NCBI GenBank assembly: GCA_963736575.1
Contig: CAVTPD010000001.1
Span: 790,340 to 854,339, forward strand
Length of the DNA: 64,000 nucleotides
Source of the DNA: an uncultured Cytophagales bacterium
GTDB taxonomy: Bacteria; Bacteroidota; Bacteroidia; Cytophagales; JAAEPT01
Direction of reading: 5' to 3'
The notes beneath the pieces are model-generated. The model made no database searches, had not been told where the DNA came from, and was given only the letters and a program-made list of their open reading frames with translations. The position numbers and the translations under genes were made by a program. Positions 26,812 through 36,348 of the stretch are shown here, piece by piece (the stretch's first letter is position 1; each line of letters begins with the position of its first letter).

Positions 26812-29266
26812 TAGTGAAGAATTTTATTCTGAAAATATTGCTGTTTTTTCTGGTGATACTATGCAGTGCTTTTGTACTTATGGTTGAAGAGGAGGGTTAT
26901 GTACTTCAGCAAAACCCACCGAGTCAAAGTAATTTCTTAGTAACGTTTAGAATCACAGAAGGCGATACAAACAACATTCCCTTTATAGCGTGGGATTTTG
27001 GTGACGGCACTGGTTTAGGCAGGTATAAGAGAAGTCTTACCACTACACATCGTTTTGATAAGCCAGGGGTATATCAGGTATTTGCACGAATACAAGGTGA
27101 AGATATTCCCCTTACCGTAACCCAAACTATTTATAACCAAGCAAGCAATCCGAAACCTACGCGCTCTTCAACTATAGCTGTCGATACAATACATAAATTA
27201 GTTTGGACGGTTAATCCAGATAATAACTCTATCTCACGTATAGATATGGCTACAAACCAATTGCTGGATGAAGTCCGGGCCGGAAATCATCCCAGAACGC
27301 TGGCGCTACATAAATCGGGAACGGTTTGGGTAGCCAACGAAGATGAAGGGACAGTATCCATCGTTTCAACAGCAGGTGAATTTGTAGATAAAATTGACTT
27401 GCCTCATGCTTCACGCCCTTATGGTATTTGTTTCGATCCACAGTATTCCTACTGTTATGTTACCCTACAAGGAACCGGTGAATTGATTAAGATTGATGTT
27501 TCTAAAAGGGAAATTATAGACAAAATTAATGTAGGTAGAGCACCAAGAGGAATAGCCATAACATCGGACGGATTTACGGTTTTAGTCACCCAGTTTATAT
27601 CCGAGAAGATACATGGTACAGTGCGCGCCGTAGATGCTTCATCTATGCAAATTTCCAAAGAAATTATTCTTGCATTTGATGAAACTCCGGATTTTGAAGA
27701 TCGTGGTCGTGGAGTTCCTAATTATCCTGTCTTCTATAACTATTTCACCAGACGGATCCGAAGCTTGGGTTCCATGTAAAAAAGACAACACAGCCAGAGG
27801 TGTTTTTAGAGATGGTCAAGAATTAACTTTTGATAATACTGTACGAACAATTGTGGCCCGCATTGACATGAATACTCTGGAAGAAATTACGGATATGCGC
27901 ACAGATATCAACGATGCAGAAATGGCTTGTGCAGTAGAATTTAGTCCGTATGGAAATCTTGCTTTCATTGCGCTTCAGGGTAACAATAAAATCATCATGA
28001 TTCATGTGGCTACCAATGCCAGAATGGGTTTGTTGGATTCAGTGGGACTGGCCCCACAAGGTTTAATGTTTAACAGAGATGGTACGCGCTTGTATGTACA
28101 GAATTTTATGTCCAGATCAGTTGGCGTTCTTAATACGGAAGATATTATTCTGTCGAATAATTTTGCCTCAAAAATTGAGACCAGAATCTCTACTGTTGAA
28201 AATGAACGTCTATCGGACGAAGTATTACATGGGAAACAAATTTTTTACAATGCTGAAGATACCCGGATGACTTTTGCGGGATACATAAGTTGCGCCAGTT
28301 GTCATTTAGATGGTGGTAGCGATGAAAGAGTTTGGGATTTTACAGGTAGAGGAGAAGGGTTAAGAAATACCCATAGCCTTTTAGGAAGAGGCGGTATGCG
28401 TATGGGAAATGTGCATTGGACTTCAAACTTTGATGAAATTCAGGATTTCGAAAACGATATCCGTAATGGTTTTAGAGGATCTGGGTTTCTTCCAGACTCT
28501 GTATTCAACTCCGGAACCATTAGCGATCCTTTAGGTGATCCAAAAGCCGGATTAAGCCGGATTTAGATGCATTAGCGGCCTACGTTAGTTCACTGGAAGA
28601 GGTTCATCCCAGTCCCTACAGAGAGGAAGACGGTAGACTTACAATGGACGGACTAGCCGGAAAAAAAATATTTGCGCAATTAGGTTGTAATAATTGTCAT
28701 TCCGGACCCGATTTTACGGATCGATCTGAAGGTGAACTCCATGACGTGGGTACTGCTAAAATATCCTCAGGTACTCGTCGCAACGAGGCACTAACCGGAT
28801 TTGGTACACCAACACTCAAAGGAATATGGGAAACAGCTCCTTATTTACATGATGGATCAGCTACCAACACTTCGGGAGGTTCTTAGTTGATCAAAATAGA
28901 AACAATGAGCATGGTGATCTTAACGGTTTAACAGAAATAGAAATAGATCAATTGGTAGCGTATCTTCTTCAGATTGATGAAACAGATGATGAAGTGATAT
29001 CATCCATAGGCGCTTTAAATACGAGTGATCTATCTTTTAATCTATATCCGAATCCTGCAATAGATGTTTTAACAATTAGTGTTGCAGAGCATAATCCTCA
29101 AGGACAAATTTCAATTTATACTACAGATGGAAAAAGCATTGTTCGGAGCTTTAGTGTAAACCAAAGGGAAATGAAAATAAATATTCAGGACCTGAGAGAA
29201 GGTATATATATAGTGAAGTACCAGAATGGTACCCAACAACAAAGTGTAAAGTTAATTATTGAGTAA
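26808..29266 (+). pseudogene. PKD + YVTN-type beta-propeller + di-haem cytochrome c peroxidase-like domain + T9SS CTD, broken by four frameshifts
   Basis: Four track ORFs (26808..27779, 27634..28566, 28644..28886, 28952..29266) join into one reading. It has a PKD motif WDFGDGTG and YVTN-like repeats. Two haem sites are present, CASCH and CNNCH. APYLHDGSATTLREVL (restored across two shifts) matches the CCP family motif. The C-terminus has NLYPNPA...GIYIVKYQNGTQQQSVKLIIE. Confidence 0.7.
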
Positions 29267-29352
29267 AAAAAAGCTTGATGCATATACAAGGACAATTACT
29301 GATTGAACAAGAAGTAGATAAAAATATAAGTTTAACCCAAAACACTGAAAAG

Positions 29353-31656
29353 ATGAAACAACTTAAAAACAGAATTTGGTTTCAGAATGAAATTGAATTC
29401 TTTTGCCCTAAAATAAGCTTTGTAGCTTTAGTCTGTATTTTATTCTCTTTTCAACTGAAAGCCCAGTTTAGTTACATTAACGTAAACGGAACTTCACGTG
29501 AAATGATTGTACATGTTCCATCGGGCTTGCCACAAAATAGTCCTTTGGTAATCTCATTGCATGGTCTTAATCAAGATGCACCGTTCCAGCAGTCTTCTGC
29601 TAAATGGGAAGAAGTGGCTGATACCGCACAATTTGTTGTTGTTTACCCCAATGCTATTAATAAGTCGTGGGATATAAGTGGCCAAAGCGATTTAAATTTT
29701 TTGAAGGCCATTATCAATGACATGTCTACCCGTTATAGTATAAATCGAAATAGAGTATATGTTACCGGATTTTCAATGGGTGGTATGATGAGTTATCACA
29801 CAGCCAATAATATGGCCGATCAAGTAGCAGCCATTGGGCCAGTTTCTGGTTATTTATTTGCAAACCCCGTTTCTAGCTCAAGACCAATGCCTATAATTCA
29901 TATCCATGGAACAGCAGATGATGTTGTGGGGTACAGTGGTGTTGCAGGTGTTTTATCAAAATGGAGAAACTGGAACGCTTGTCCAAGCAATAGCACATTT
30001 GTTGATCCATATCCGGCTAATAAACCTGCTTCGGCAGGGTCATATGAACATTGGGGTCCATGTGAGAATAGCGAAATAGTACTTATAGCAAACGAAGGTA
30101 AAGGGCATTGGCATTCAAACGATAATGCTGGTGTTCATAGCACAAAAGAAATATGGAAATTTTTCTTACGTCATTCCTTGGCTTCTCCAAATCTGCCCGT
30201 TGTATCTATAACTAGCCCTAATGTAAGTGGAGTTGAGGGGCCTACAAACATTGAAATTGAGGCCTCTGCATCAGACCCGAATGGTACTATTACCAAAGTA
30301 GAGTTCTTTAATGGAACAACAAAACTGTCTGAAGATGCCAGAGCCCCATATAGCTATACTTGGACTAATGTAGCCCTTGGAAATTATACTATCCGTGTGG
30401 TTGCTACCGATAATGATGGAAACAAGGCTGAAGCAACGTTACCATTTTCAGTAAACGTACCCCAAGCTCCATATCAAGGAAATGCGCACGAAATACCAGG
30501 CGTTATTCAGTTAGAAGAATATGATATAGGTGGAAATGGTTTTGCTTACATGGATAGTACTCCCGGTAGTGAAACGGATGTAACCTTCCGAAATAACGAA
30601 GATGTAGATCTTGAAAATTGTACCGATGAAGGAGCAGGTTACAATATAGGATGGACAACAGCAGGAGAATGGTTAGAATATACAGTAGATGTAACAAAAG
30701 CAGGCCTATATGACCTACAATTCCGTGTAGCATGTAACGGAGATGATAGAACAGTATCTGTAGCAATGGATGGTGAAGACATTGCCACGAATGTAGCTAT
30801 TCCAAATACTACAGGATGGCAAGTATGGCAAACAGTTACGGTTAATAATATTGAATTGATGCCTGGCCAAAAAGTAATGCGGTTAACCATTGGTGAGACT
30901 GATTTTGTAAACCTGAACTATGTGACTTTTGTACTGAAAGAAGAATACGTGAAAGAACCGTTTAACGGAACTGCACATACAATTCCGGGTAGAATAGAAG
31001 CAGAAGAATACGACAAAGGCGGAGAAGGTTTAGGCTACCATGAAGCTAATTCAAATGGAAATCAAAGTACGGCTACATTCAGAAATGACGAAGTAGATAT
31101 GGAACCAACGCAAGATGTTGATGGCGATTATAACGTGGCTTATACCTTGACAGGGGAATGGTTAGAATACACAGTGGATGTAGAGCGCGCAGGTGATTAT
31201 GACCTAGATATTAGAGTAGCGAAAGAGGGTGACGGAGGTTTATTTCATATTGAAATGGATGGTGTAGATGTCACTGGTCCGATTTCGGTTCCCAACACAG
31301 GCGGATGGCAAGTATGGGAAACCGTCACTTTAAATGATGTTAATCTAACAGCTGGCGAACACGTAATGCGTATTGCGTTTGATTCAGACTACATGAATTT
31401 GAATTATGTAGAATTCCGCAACCAAGTGGTTACCTCATTAACTAATTCTGAATTAATTAGCATAGAGATTTACCCTAATCCAGTCAAAAATTATTTAGAA
31501 CTCTCAAACCCTTCCGATTGGAGATTGTTAGATCTAAAAGGCATTGAATTAGAAACAGGTAAAAACCAAAAGATTATAAATTTATCATCACTTCCTTCAG
31601 GTATTTATTTTATGGAAATCCAAAACAAAAACCACAAAGTGATTAAGGTAGATTAA
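29353..31656 (+). CDS. CE1-type esterase (PHB-depolymerase/feruloyl esterase family) + Ig-like + CBM6(A) + CBM6(B) + T9SS CTD
   Basis: LHGLNQDA, nucleophile elbow GFSMGGMM and IHIHGTADDVV. The track ORF begins at 29275, but the ATG at 29353 (MKQLKNRIW...) precedes a signal-like helix. The C-terminus has IEIYPNPV...GIYFMEIQNKNHKVIKVD. Confidence 0.8.
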   Translation: MKQLKNRIWFQNEIEFFCPKISFVALVCILFSFQLKAQFSYINVNGTSREMIVHVPSGLPQNSPLVISLHGLNQDAPFQQSSAKWEEVADTAQFVVVYPNAINKSWDISGQSDLNFLKAIINDMSTRYSINRNRVYVTGFSMGGMMSYHTANNMADQVAAIGPVSGYLFANPVSSSRPMPIIHIHGTADDVVGYSGVAGVLSKWRNWNACPSNSTFVDPYPANKPASAGSYEHWGPCENSEIVLIANEGKGHWHSNDNAGVHSTKEIWKFFLRHSLASPNLPVVSITSPNVSGVEGPTNIEIEASASDPNGTITKVEFFNGTTKLSEDARAPYSYTWTNVALGNYTIRVVATDNDGNKAEATLPFSVNVPQAPYQGNAHEIPGVIQLEEYDIGGNGFAYMDSTPGSETDVTFRNNEDVDLENCTDEGAGYNIGWTTAGEWLEYTVDVTKAGLYDLQFRVACNGDDRTVSVAMDGEDIATNVAIPNTTGWQVWQTVTVNNIELMPGQKVMRLTIGETDFVNLNYVTFVLKEEYVKEPFNGTAHTIPGRIEAEEYDKGGEGLGYHEANSNGNQSTATFRNDEVDMEPTQDVDGDYNVAYTLTGEWLEYTVDVERAGDYDLDIRVAKEGDGGLFHIEMDGVDVTGPISVPNTGGWQVWETVTLNDVNLTAGEHVMRIAFDSDYMNLNYVEFRNQVVTSLTNSELISIEIYPNPVKNYLELSNPSDWRLLDLKGIELETGKNQKIINLSSLPSGIYFMEIQNKNHKVIKVD
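30457..30930 (+). repeat. CBM6 module, subtype A (copy 3)
   Basis: Same consensus as 15908-16390. Confidence 0.8.
30952..31418 (+). repeat. CBM6 module, subtype B (copy 6)
   Basis: Same consensus as 9292-9762. Confidence 0.8.
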
Positions 31657-31906
31657 TTGTTTATGTCTTAATTCTGAATGTTATGCAAAAAACAAAAAAG
31701 AGTAATTGGATTATAGTAATTGTATTTTCTTTTCTAGCATTTTTGTTCTTAGTGAATGATGTTATGTCTAAAAATAAATCCGAGAAGCAACAAGTTTTTT
31801 TGAATTTTAAAAAGTAGGGGAGTTTATTAATTGATTTCTTAGCAGCCAATCAATTTAATTGATCCTTTTATGAAGAAGTCCATTTAATAATATGTGGACT
31901 CTAAAA

Positions 31907-31951
31907 GAACAAATCCCCTATTTTTATATAAAAGGGGATTTGTTCTTTTTT
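31907..31951. terminator. bidirectional terminator between the glycan array and the SPFH gene
   Basis: Perfect 13-bp stem GAACAAATCCCCT/AGGGGATTTGTTC, with a T-run on the + strand and TTTT on the - strand. Confidence 0.75.
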
Positions 31952-31956
31952 ATAAC

Positions 31957-32727
31957 TTATTCAGTGATAAAAACGGGGGCTTGTTTGTCCATTAAAATCG
32001 TTTTAGCGTTAGGGGATGTTCCTATGGCTTTTAAAGCTTCAATATAGCGGTACTGTAGCGCTTCTTGATTAATAGCTGTATTAATGATTTCCTGTGATTT
32101 TTTGATCCCTTCTGCTTCAATAATCTGTCTTTCAGCTTCCTTTTTTTGTTTGTCTATAATAAACTCCATGGTTAAGGCATTTTGTTCGGCTTCCACCTTC
32201 CGTTCTATGGCTAGAATTATTTCTTTAGGCATTATTATATCTCTTAGAAGAACAGCATCAATTATAAAACCATATTGACTAATTTGTTTAGTTAATTGAT
32301 CTTTTATAGCATTTTCTATTTTTTCTCTTTGGGTAGAATATAACTCTTTAGCTTCGTATCGGGCACATATTTCTCTAGTGGTGGCCCTTAAGTTGCTAAT
32401 GATAACTACTTCCTGATAATTACTTCCAAATTGTATATATACTTCTTTGGCTCTATCGGGATTTACATGGTATAGTAAGCTTATTTCTGAATCAACACTT
32501 AAACCCTCTTTACTGGGTACAATCATACGTTCGTATACTTCTACTATTTGGGTATTAATTTTAACCATTTTACTAGTAAATGGGTTAAAGAGATGCGATC
32601 CCCCTTTCACGGGATTTTCACTAAGTTTACCTGTGTTTTGAATGTAACCAACCTGACCTGGGCGAACTACCATACAGGAAAAGAGGATAAGGATAGATGC
32701 AGCAAAGACTATGATTTTTTTCATCAT
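31957..32727 (-). CDS. SPFH/band-7 (prohibitin-like) membrane protein
   Basis: N-terminal anchor, then an SPFH core (VPSKEGLSVDSEISLLYHV...AREVY) and a coiled-coil tail. Confidence 0.75.
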   Translation of the reverse strand: MMKKIIVFAASILILFSCMVVRPGQVGYIQNTGKLSENPVKGGSHLFNPFTSKMVKINTQIVEVYERMIVPSKEGLSVDSEISLLYHVNPDRAKEVYIQFGSNYQEVVIISNLRATTREICARYEAKELYSTQREKIENAIKDQLTKQISQYGFIIDAVLLRDIIMPKEIILAIERKVEAEQNALTMEFIIDKQKKEAERQIIEAEGIKKSQEIINTAINQEALQYRYIEALKAIGTSPNAKTILMDKQAPVFITE

Positions 32728-32872
32728 AACTATATAATTTAAGTTGTAAAACAGAAAATATTAGCGCGTTATCCAGAAAAATTATAACAAATCTTAAGAT
32801 TTATTATTCTACAAGATACAGTTTTGTAAATCCATATAGCAGAATTTTTTTCTGCTTTAGAAGAGTAAGTGC

Positions 32873-33664
32873 TTAAGCCTCTAAATTTTTTACCAAATGA
32901 AATCCCAGTCTTGGATAAAAACGATTTATATAATAGAAAATCTTCTCTTTTAGAGCGCCAATAAAAAGTACTCGTTTTTTTGTTTCAATTCCTTTAATAA
33001 TAGTTTTAGCCACTGCTGCAGGTGATTGTCCATTATCAATCACTTTGTCTGAACGGTTAAATTTTGTTCCTTTTTCAGTTAAAGAATTTTTAGCAATATT
33101 GGTATTTACTGCCCCAGGTCTCACAATTAAAATATTAATGTTTGTTTTCCATAGTTCCGTTCTTAATGAAGCAAAATAACCTTCTAAAGCATGCTTGCTG
33201 GCACAGTATGCCGTTCGGTAGGGTAATCCTGCAAAACCGGCCACACTGCTTAAAGTAACAAAATGTCCTTTGTTTTGATCTACAAAATGCGGTAAAATTG
33301 CTTGGCTCAATTTTAATGTTCCGTAAAAATTGATGGCCATAATTTTTTGATAAACATCTTCGCTGGTTTCTGCTGCTTTACTTCTTTGTGAAACCCCTGC
33401 GTTGTTAATGAGCACATCTATCTCACCAAAACAAGCAATCGCCTCTTGTGTTTTTGTATCTAATTGATCGGCTTGTTCTAAATCTAAGACCAATAATTTA
33501 ATATCATCCTGATTACTGCAAAGGCTTTTTACGTCTTCTAAAGAATGTTCATTTCTTCCGCTTAAAATAAGTTGGGTACCTTTAGCCGAAAGTTGAATAG
33601 CCAACTCTTTACCTATTCCCGAAGAAGCACCTGTAATCCAAACCTTTTTTTTATTCCAGAACAT
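32873..33664 (-). CDS. SDR-family oxidoreductase
   Basis: TGASSGIGKE Rossmann motif, NNAG, and YxxxK (YCASKHAL). Confidence 0.85.
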   Translation of the reverse strand: MFWNKKKVWITGASSGIGKELAIQLSAKGTQLILSGRNEHSLEDVKSLCSNQDDIKLLVLDLEQADQLDTKTQEAIACFGEIDVLINNAGVSQRSKAAETSEDVYQKIMAINFYGTLKLSQAILPHFVDQNKGHFVTLSSVAGFAGLPYRTAYCASKHALEGYFASLRTELWKTNINILIVRPGAVNTNIAKNSLTEKGTKFNRSDKVIDNGQSPAAVAKTIIKGIETKKRVLFIGALKEKIFYYINRFYPRLGFHLVKNLEA

Positions 33665-33726
33665 TTATGCGGTATATTTAGTTATGGGCTAAGACAATAA
33701 CTTCGAATATATTTAAATTATACCTT

Positions 33727-34500
33727 ATGACTAAGTTTTTTATACCTATTGTGTTTTCTCTTTTCTTCTTTTCCTGTGGGCCAGAATCCTCTGCAAACAC
33801 TAATTCAGAAGACGGTTTAGTGGCATTGTCTAAGGAACTCCTACAAACCGTTAAAAGCAGAAAGAATACCAGTAAACTAACCAAAAGATATGAGGAATTA
33901 TCTATGGAAAAATTGGTAAAAGAACTAGATACCGAAAATAAGAAAAAAGCTTTTTGGTTAAATACCTATAATGCCTACATACAAATTTTGTTATTAGAAA
34001 ATCCCGATTTATTCAAGGATAGAAATAGTTTTTTCTCTAAACCAAGAGTTAAAATTGGTGGCTTAGATTTAAGTTTTGATGATATTGAACATGGGATTAT
34101 TAGGAATTCTAAAATCAAATGGAGCGGTGGTTTTCTGGGAAAAATATTTACTCCAGAATGGGAAAAAGAGCTAAGAATGAAAGAAGTAGATTATAGAATC
34201 CACTTTGCGGTGAATTGTGGGGCCAAAAGTTGCCCAGCTGTTAAAATTTATAGTGCCGAAAATTTAGACAAAGAGCTAAATGCATCTACCCAAACTTATT
34301 TAAAGAAAACGGTGGTTTACAACAAAAAAGAAGAGTTGGTGAAATTACCGGTTTTAATGAGTTGGTTTAGAGGGGATTTTGGTGGGAAAAACGGTTCTAT
34401 TGAAATTGTAAAAAAGTTAAATTTAATCCCCCAAGAAGCCGATCCTGAAATTGAGTTTTTATCCTACGATTGGACTTTAGATTTAGAGAATTTTCAGTAG
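33727..34500 (+). CDS. DUF547 domain protein (lipoprotein-like signal)
   Basis: FWLNTYNAYIQ and HFAVNCGAKSCP are characteristic of DUF547. Confidence 0.7.
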   Translation: MTKFFIPIVFSLFFFSCGPESSANTNSEDGLVALSKELLQTVKSRKNTSKLTKRYEELSMEKLVKELDTENKKKAFWLNTYNAYIQILLLENPDLFKDRNSFFSKPRVKIGGLDLSFDDIEHGIIRNSKIKWSGGFLGKIFTPEWEKELRMKEVDYRIHFAVNCGAKSCPAVKIYSAENLDKELNASTQTYLKKTVVYNKKEELVKLPVLMSWFRGDFGGKNGSIEIVKKLNLIPQEADPEIEFLSYDWTLDLENFQ

Positions 34501-34541
34501 TTTTTTAAAGGAAAATCCGAAAGGAAAAAATGCCGTAATCT

Positions 34542-34575
34542 GATCTCAGCATCTCGCTGAGATCTTTGTCGGTTT
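34542..34575 (+). terminator. rho-independent terminator after the DUF547 gene
   Basis: 9-bp stem GATCTCAGC/GCTGAGATC followed by TTTGTCGGTTT. Confidence 0.55.
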
Positions 34576-34599
34576 ACGTGAAAATTTCAAACATACTAC

Positions 34600-35208
34600 A
34601 TGCAATCATCAAAAAACGCACTCATTATTTTTGTTAGAAATCCCATTTTAGGCAAAGTAAAAACCCGTTTGGCTAAAGATGCCGGCGAAGAAGGTGCTTT
34701 AGAAATTTACAAACAATTATTGCAGCATACCAAAGAAGTTGCTTTATCTGCCAAAACAGAATGTTTTGTCTTTTATGCCGATTATCTGAATGACGATGAT
34801 CTCTGGGAAAAGGAAAGTTTTAACAAGTACTTACAACCAATAGGAGATTTAGGTGAGCGTATGCAAAAGGCTTTTGAAGTTGTTTTTTCGGAAGGGTATC
34901 AAAAAGCCTGTATTATTGGCAGCGATTGTGCCGAATTATCTACTTCAATTCTTGAACAAGCTTTCTTAGAATTAGACCAACAAGATGTTGTAATTGGTCC
35001 ATCATTAGATGGGGGTTATTATCTTTTGGGAATGAACAAAGTGCACGCAAAAGTGTTTTCAGAAAAAAAATGGAGCACGGAAACGGTTTTTTCTTCAACT
35101 TTGGAGGATATAAAAACCCTGAATCTGTCGTATTCTTTACTTCCGAAGCTTTCAGATATTGATTACCTGGAAGATTGGCAGCGTTTTAAGAGTACCACGC
35201 GTTCTTAA
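34600..35208 (+). CDS. DUF2064 / TIGR04282-like nucleotidyl- or glycosyl-transferase (rSAM/selenodomain-associated transferase 1 family)
   Basis: ALIIFVRNPILGKVKTRLA, DLGERM, IIGSDCAEL, GPSLDGGYYLLG and a C-terminal DIDYLEDW. Confidence 0.65.
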   Translation: MQSSKNALIIFVRNPILGKVKTRLAKDAGEEGALEIYKQLLQHTKEVALSAKTECFVFYADYLNDDDLWEKESFNKYLQPIGDLGERMQKAFEVVFSEGYQKACIIGSDCAELSTSILEQAFLELDQQDVVIGPSLDGGYYLLGMNKVHAKVFSEKKWSTETVFSSTLEDIKTLNLSYSLLPKLSDIDYLEDWQRFKSTTRS

Positions 35209-36346
35209 AAATACCAGAAAGTTGCTGTATTATTATTTGAAGAAATTGGTCATAATGACCTTGTGGATTTTCTCTGAACGTTATGTAGTTAATAACAAAT
35301 CAGTTTTAAAATACAATGGCCCATTATTGTTGGCATCTAATCATCCTAATTCTTTTTTTGACGCCATTATTATGGGGGTGGTTTTCAGGAAACCCATTCA
35401 TTTTTTGGCTAGAGGAGATTCTATGAAAGGCGGTTTTGCCAATTGGTTTCTTACTAAAATGAATGTTATTCCCATTTATCGCCAAAGCGAAGGGCGAGAT
35501 AATATGGGACTGAATCAACAAACCTTTGAACGGTGCCAGGAAGTACTTCAGAATAAAGGAATATTATTGATTTTTGCCGAAGGACTTTGCAAAAATAAAT
35601 GGGAGTTACGTTCGGTTAAAAAAGGTCCTTCCCGTATTGCGTTAGAAGCATGGGGTTCAGAAGATGAAACCAGAAAGAACCTACAAGTTTTACCCATTGG
35701 ATTAAACTACAACACCTATAAAGGATTCAGGAAGCGTATTTATGTGGCATGTGAAGAGTTAATAGACCGCAGTCAGGTTGATTTTAGCCAGACACTTTCT
35801 TTACAAATGAAACAGTTTAATGATGTACTAACCCAAAGATTACAGAAAGTAGTTTTTGTAGATACTAATGACCATCATTTAGTCCCGTTTGTGATTAACA
35901 ATATGAATCACTTCATATCTAAAACGGATCAAATCAACTTTTCAGAAATAGAAAAAAAATACGGCCATATAGATTTTAAAACATTAGGCGAATTTCCTTA
36001 CCGCTACTTTACTAAAGAAAAGCGTTTCTTTAAAGGTGTTTTATTAGTTGTATTATCTGTCCCGGCTTTGTTGGGTTGGTTGTTAAATTTACCTTACTAC
36101 AAACCTTTAGAATCATTTTTCACCAAAAAAACAGAAGGAACGGTGTTTTACGACAGTGTATTGTTTTTATCTATGATGTTTACTTATCCGCTTTATTACG
36201 GATTGTTTAATCTGTTGGTTTGGATTTTCTTGTCCCAACCCGCTTTACTAATAAGCTTGTTATTACCGGTTTGGGGAAGAGTATATGTTTCTTGGAAAGG
36301 TGTTTTACTTGGGCTGAAAAATAAGAAAATAGCCGAGGTAATTTAG
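35159..36346 (+). CDS. lysophospholipid/glycerol-3-phosphate acyltransferase (PlsC family) with C-terminal TM helices
   Basis: NHPNSFFD (HX4D motif) and FAEG. The start is uncertain: TTG at 35159 or 35222, or ATG at 35255. Confidence 0.7.
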   Translation: MITWKIGSVLRVPRVLKNTRKLLYYYLKKLVIMTLWIFSERYVVNNKSVLKYNGPLLLASNHPNSFFDAIIMGVVFRKPIHFLARGDSMKGGFANWFLTKMNVIPIYRQSEGRDNMGLNQQTFERCQEVLQNKGILLIFAEGLCKNKWELRSVKKGPSRIALEAWGSEDETRKNLQVLPIGLNYNTYKGFRKRIYVACEELIDRSQVDFSQTLSLQMKQFNDVLTQRLQKVVFVDTNDHHLVPFVINNMNHFISKTDQINFSEIEKKYGHIDFKTLGEFPYRYFTKEKRFFKGVLLVVLSVPALLGWLLNLPYYKPLESFFTKKTEGTVFYDSVLFLSMMFTYPLYYGLFNLLVWIFLSQPALLISLLLPVWGRVYVSWKGVLLGLKNKKIAEVI

Positions 36347-36348
36347 GC

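Noticed and set aside
9292-31418. Sequence variation among the CBM6 copies could be the product of a diversity-generating retroelement.
   Set aside because: There is no reverse transcriptase and no template/variable repeat pair with adenine-specific mismatches. The differences are spread over all base types and fit ordinary paralogue divergence.
31661-31849. A 62-aa minus-strand ORF and a 44-aa plus-strand ORF (31683-31817, MQKTKKSNWIIVIVFSFLAFLFLV...) in the spacer after the CE1 gene.
   Set aside because: Both are short and lie in AT-rich non-coding DNA. They are mutually exclusive and nothing supports either one. The plus-strand one has a plausible TM helix but cannot be supported from sequence alone.
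35140-35151. The 12-mer CTTCCGAAGCTT occurs three times (7642, 11804, 35140), with related CTTCCGAAG at about 53017 and CTTCGGAAG at about 105. It could be a dispersed operator.
   Set aside because: The 35140 copy lies inside a coding sequence (LLPKLS) in an unrelated locus. The two intergenic copies are already explained by the duplicated leader. The evidence is insufficient for an independent motif.
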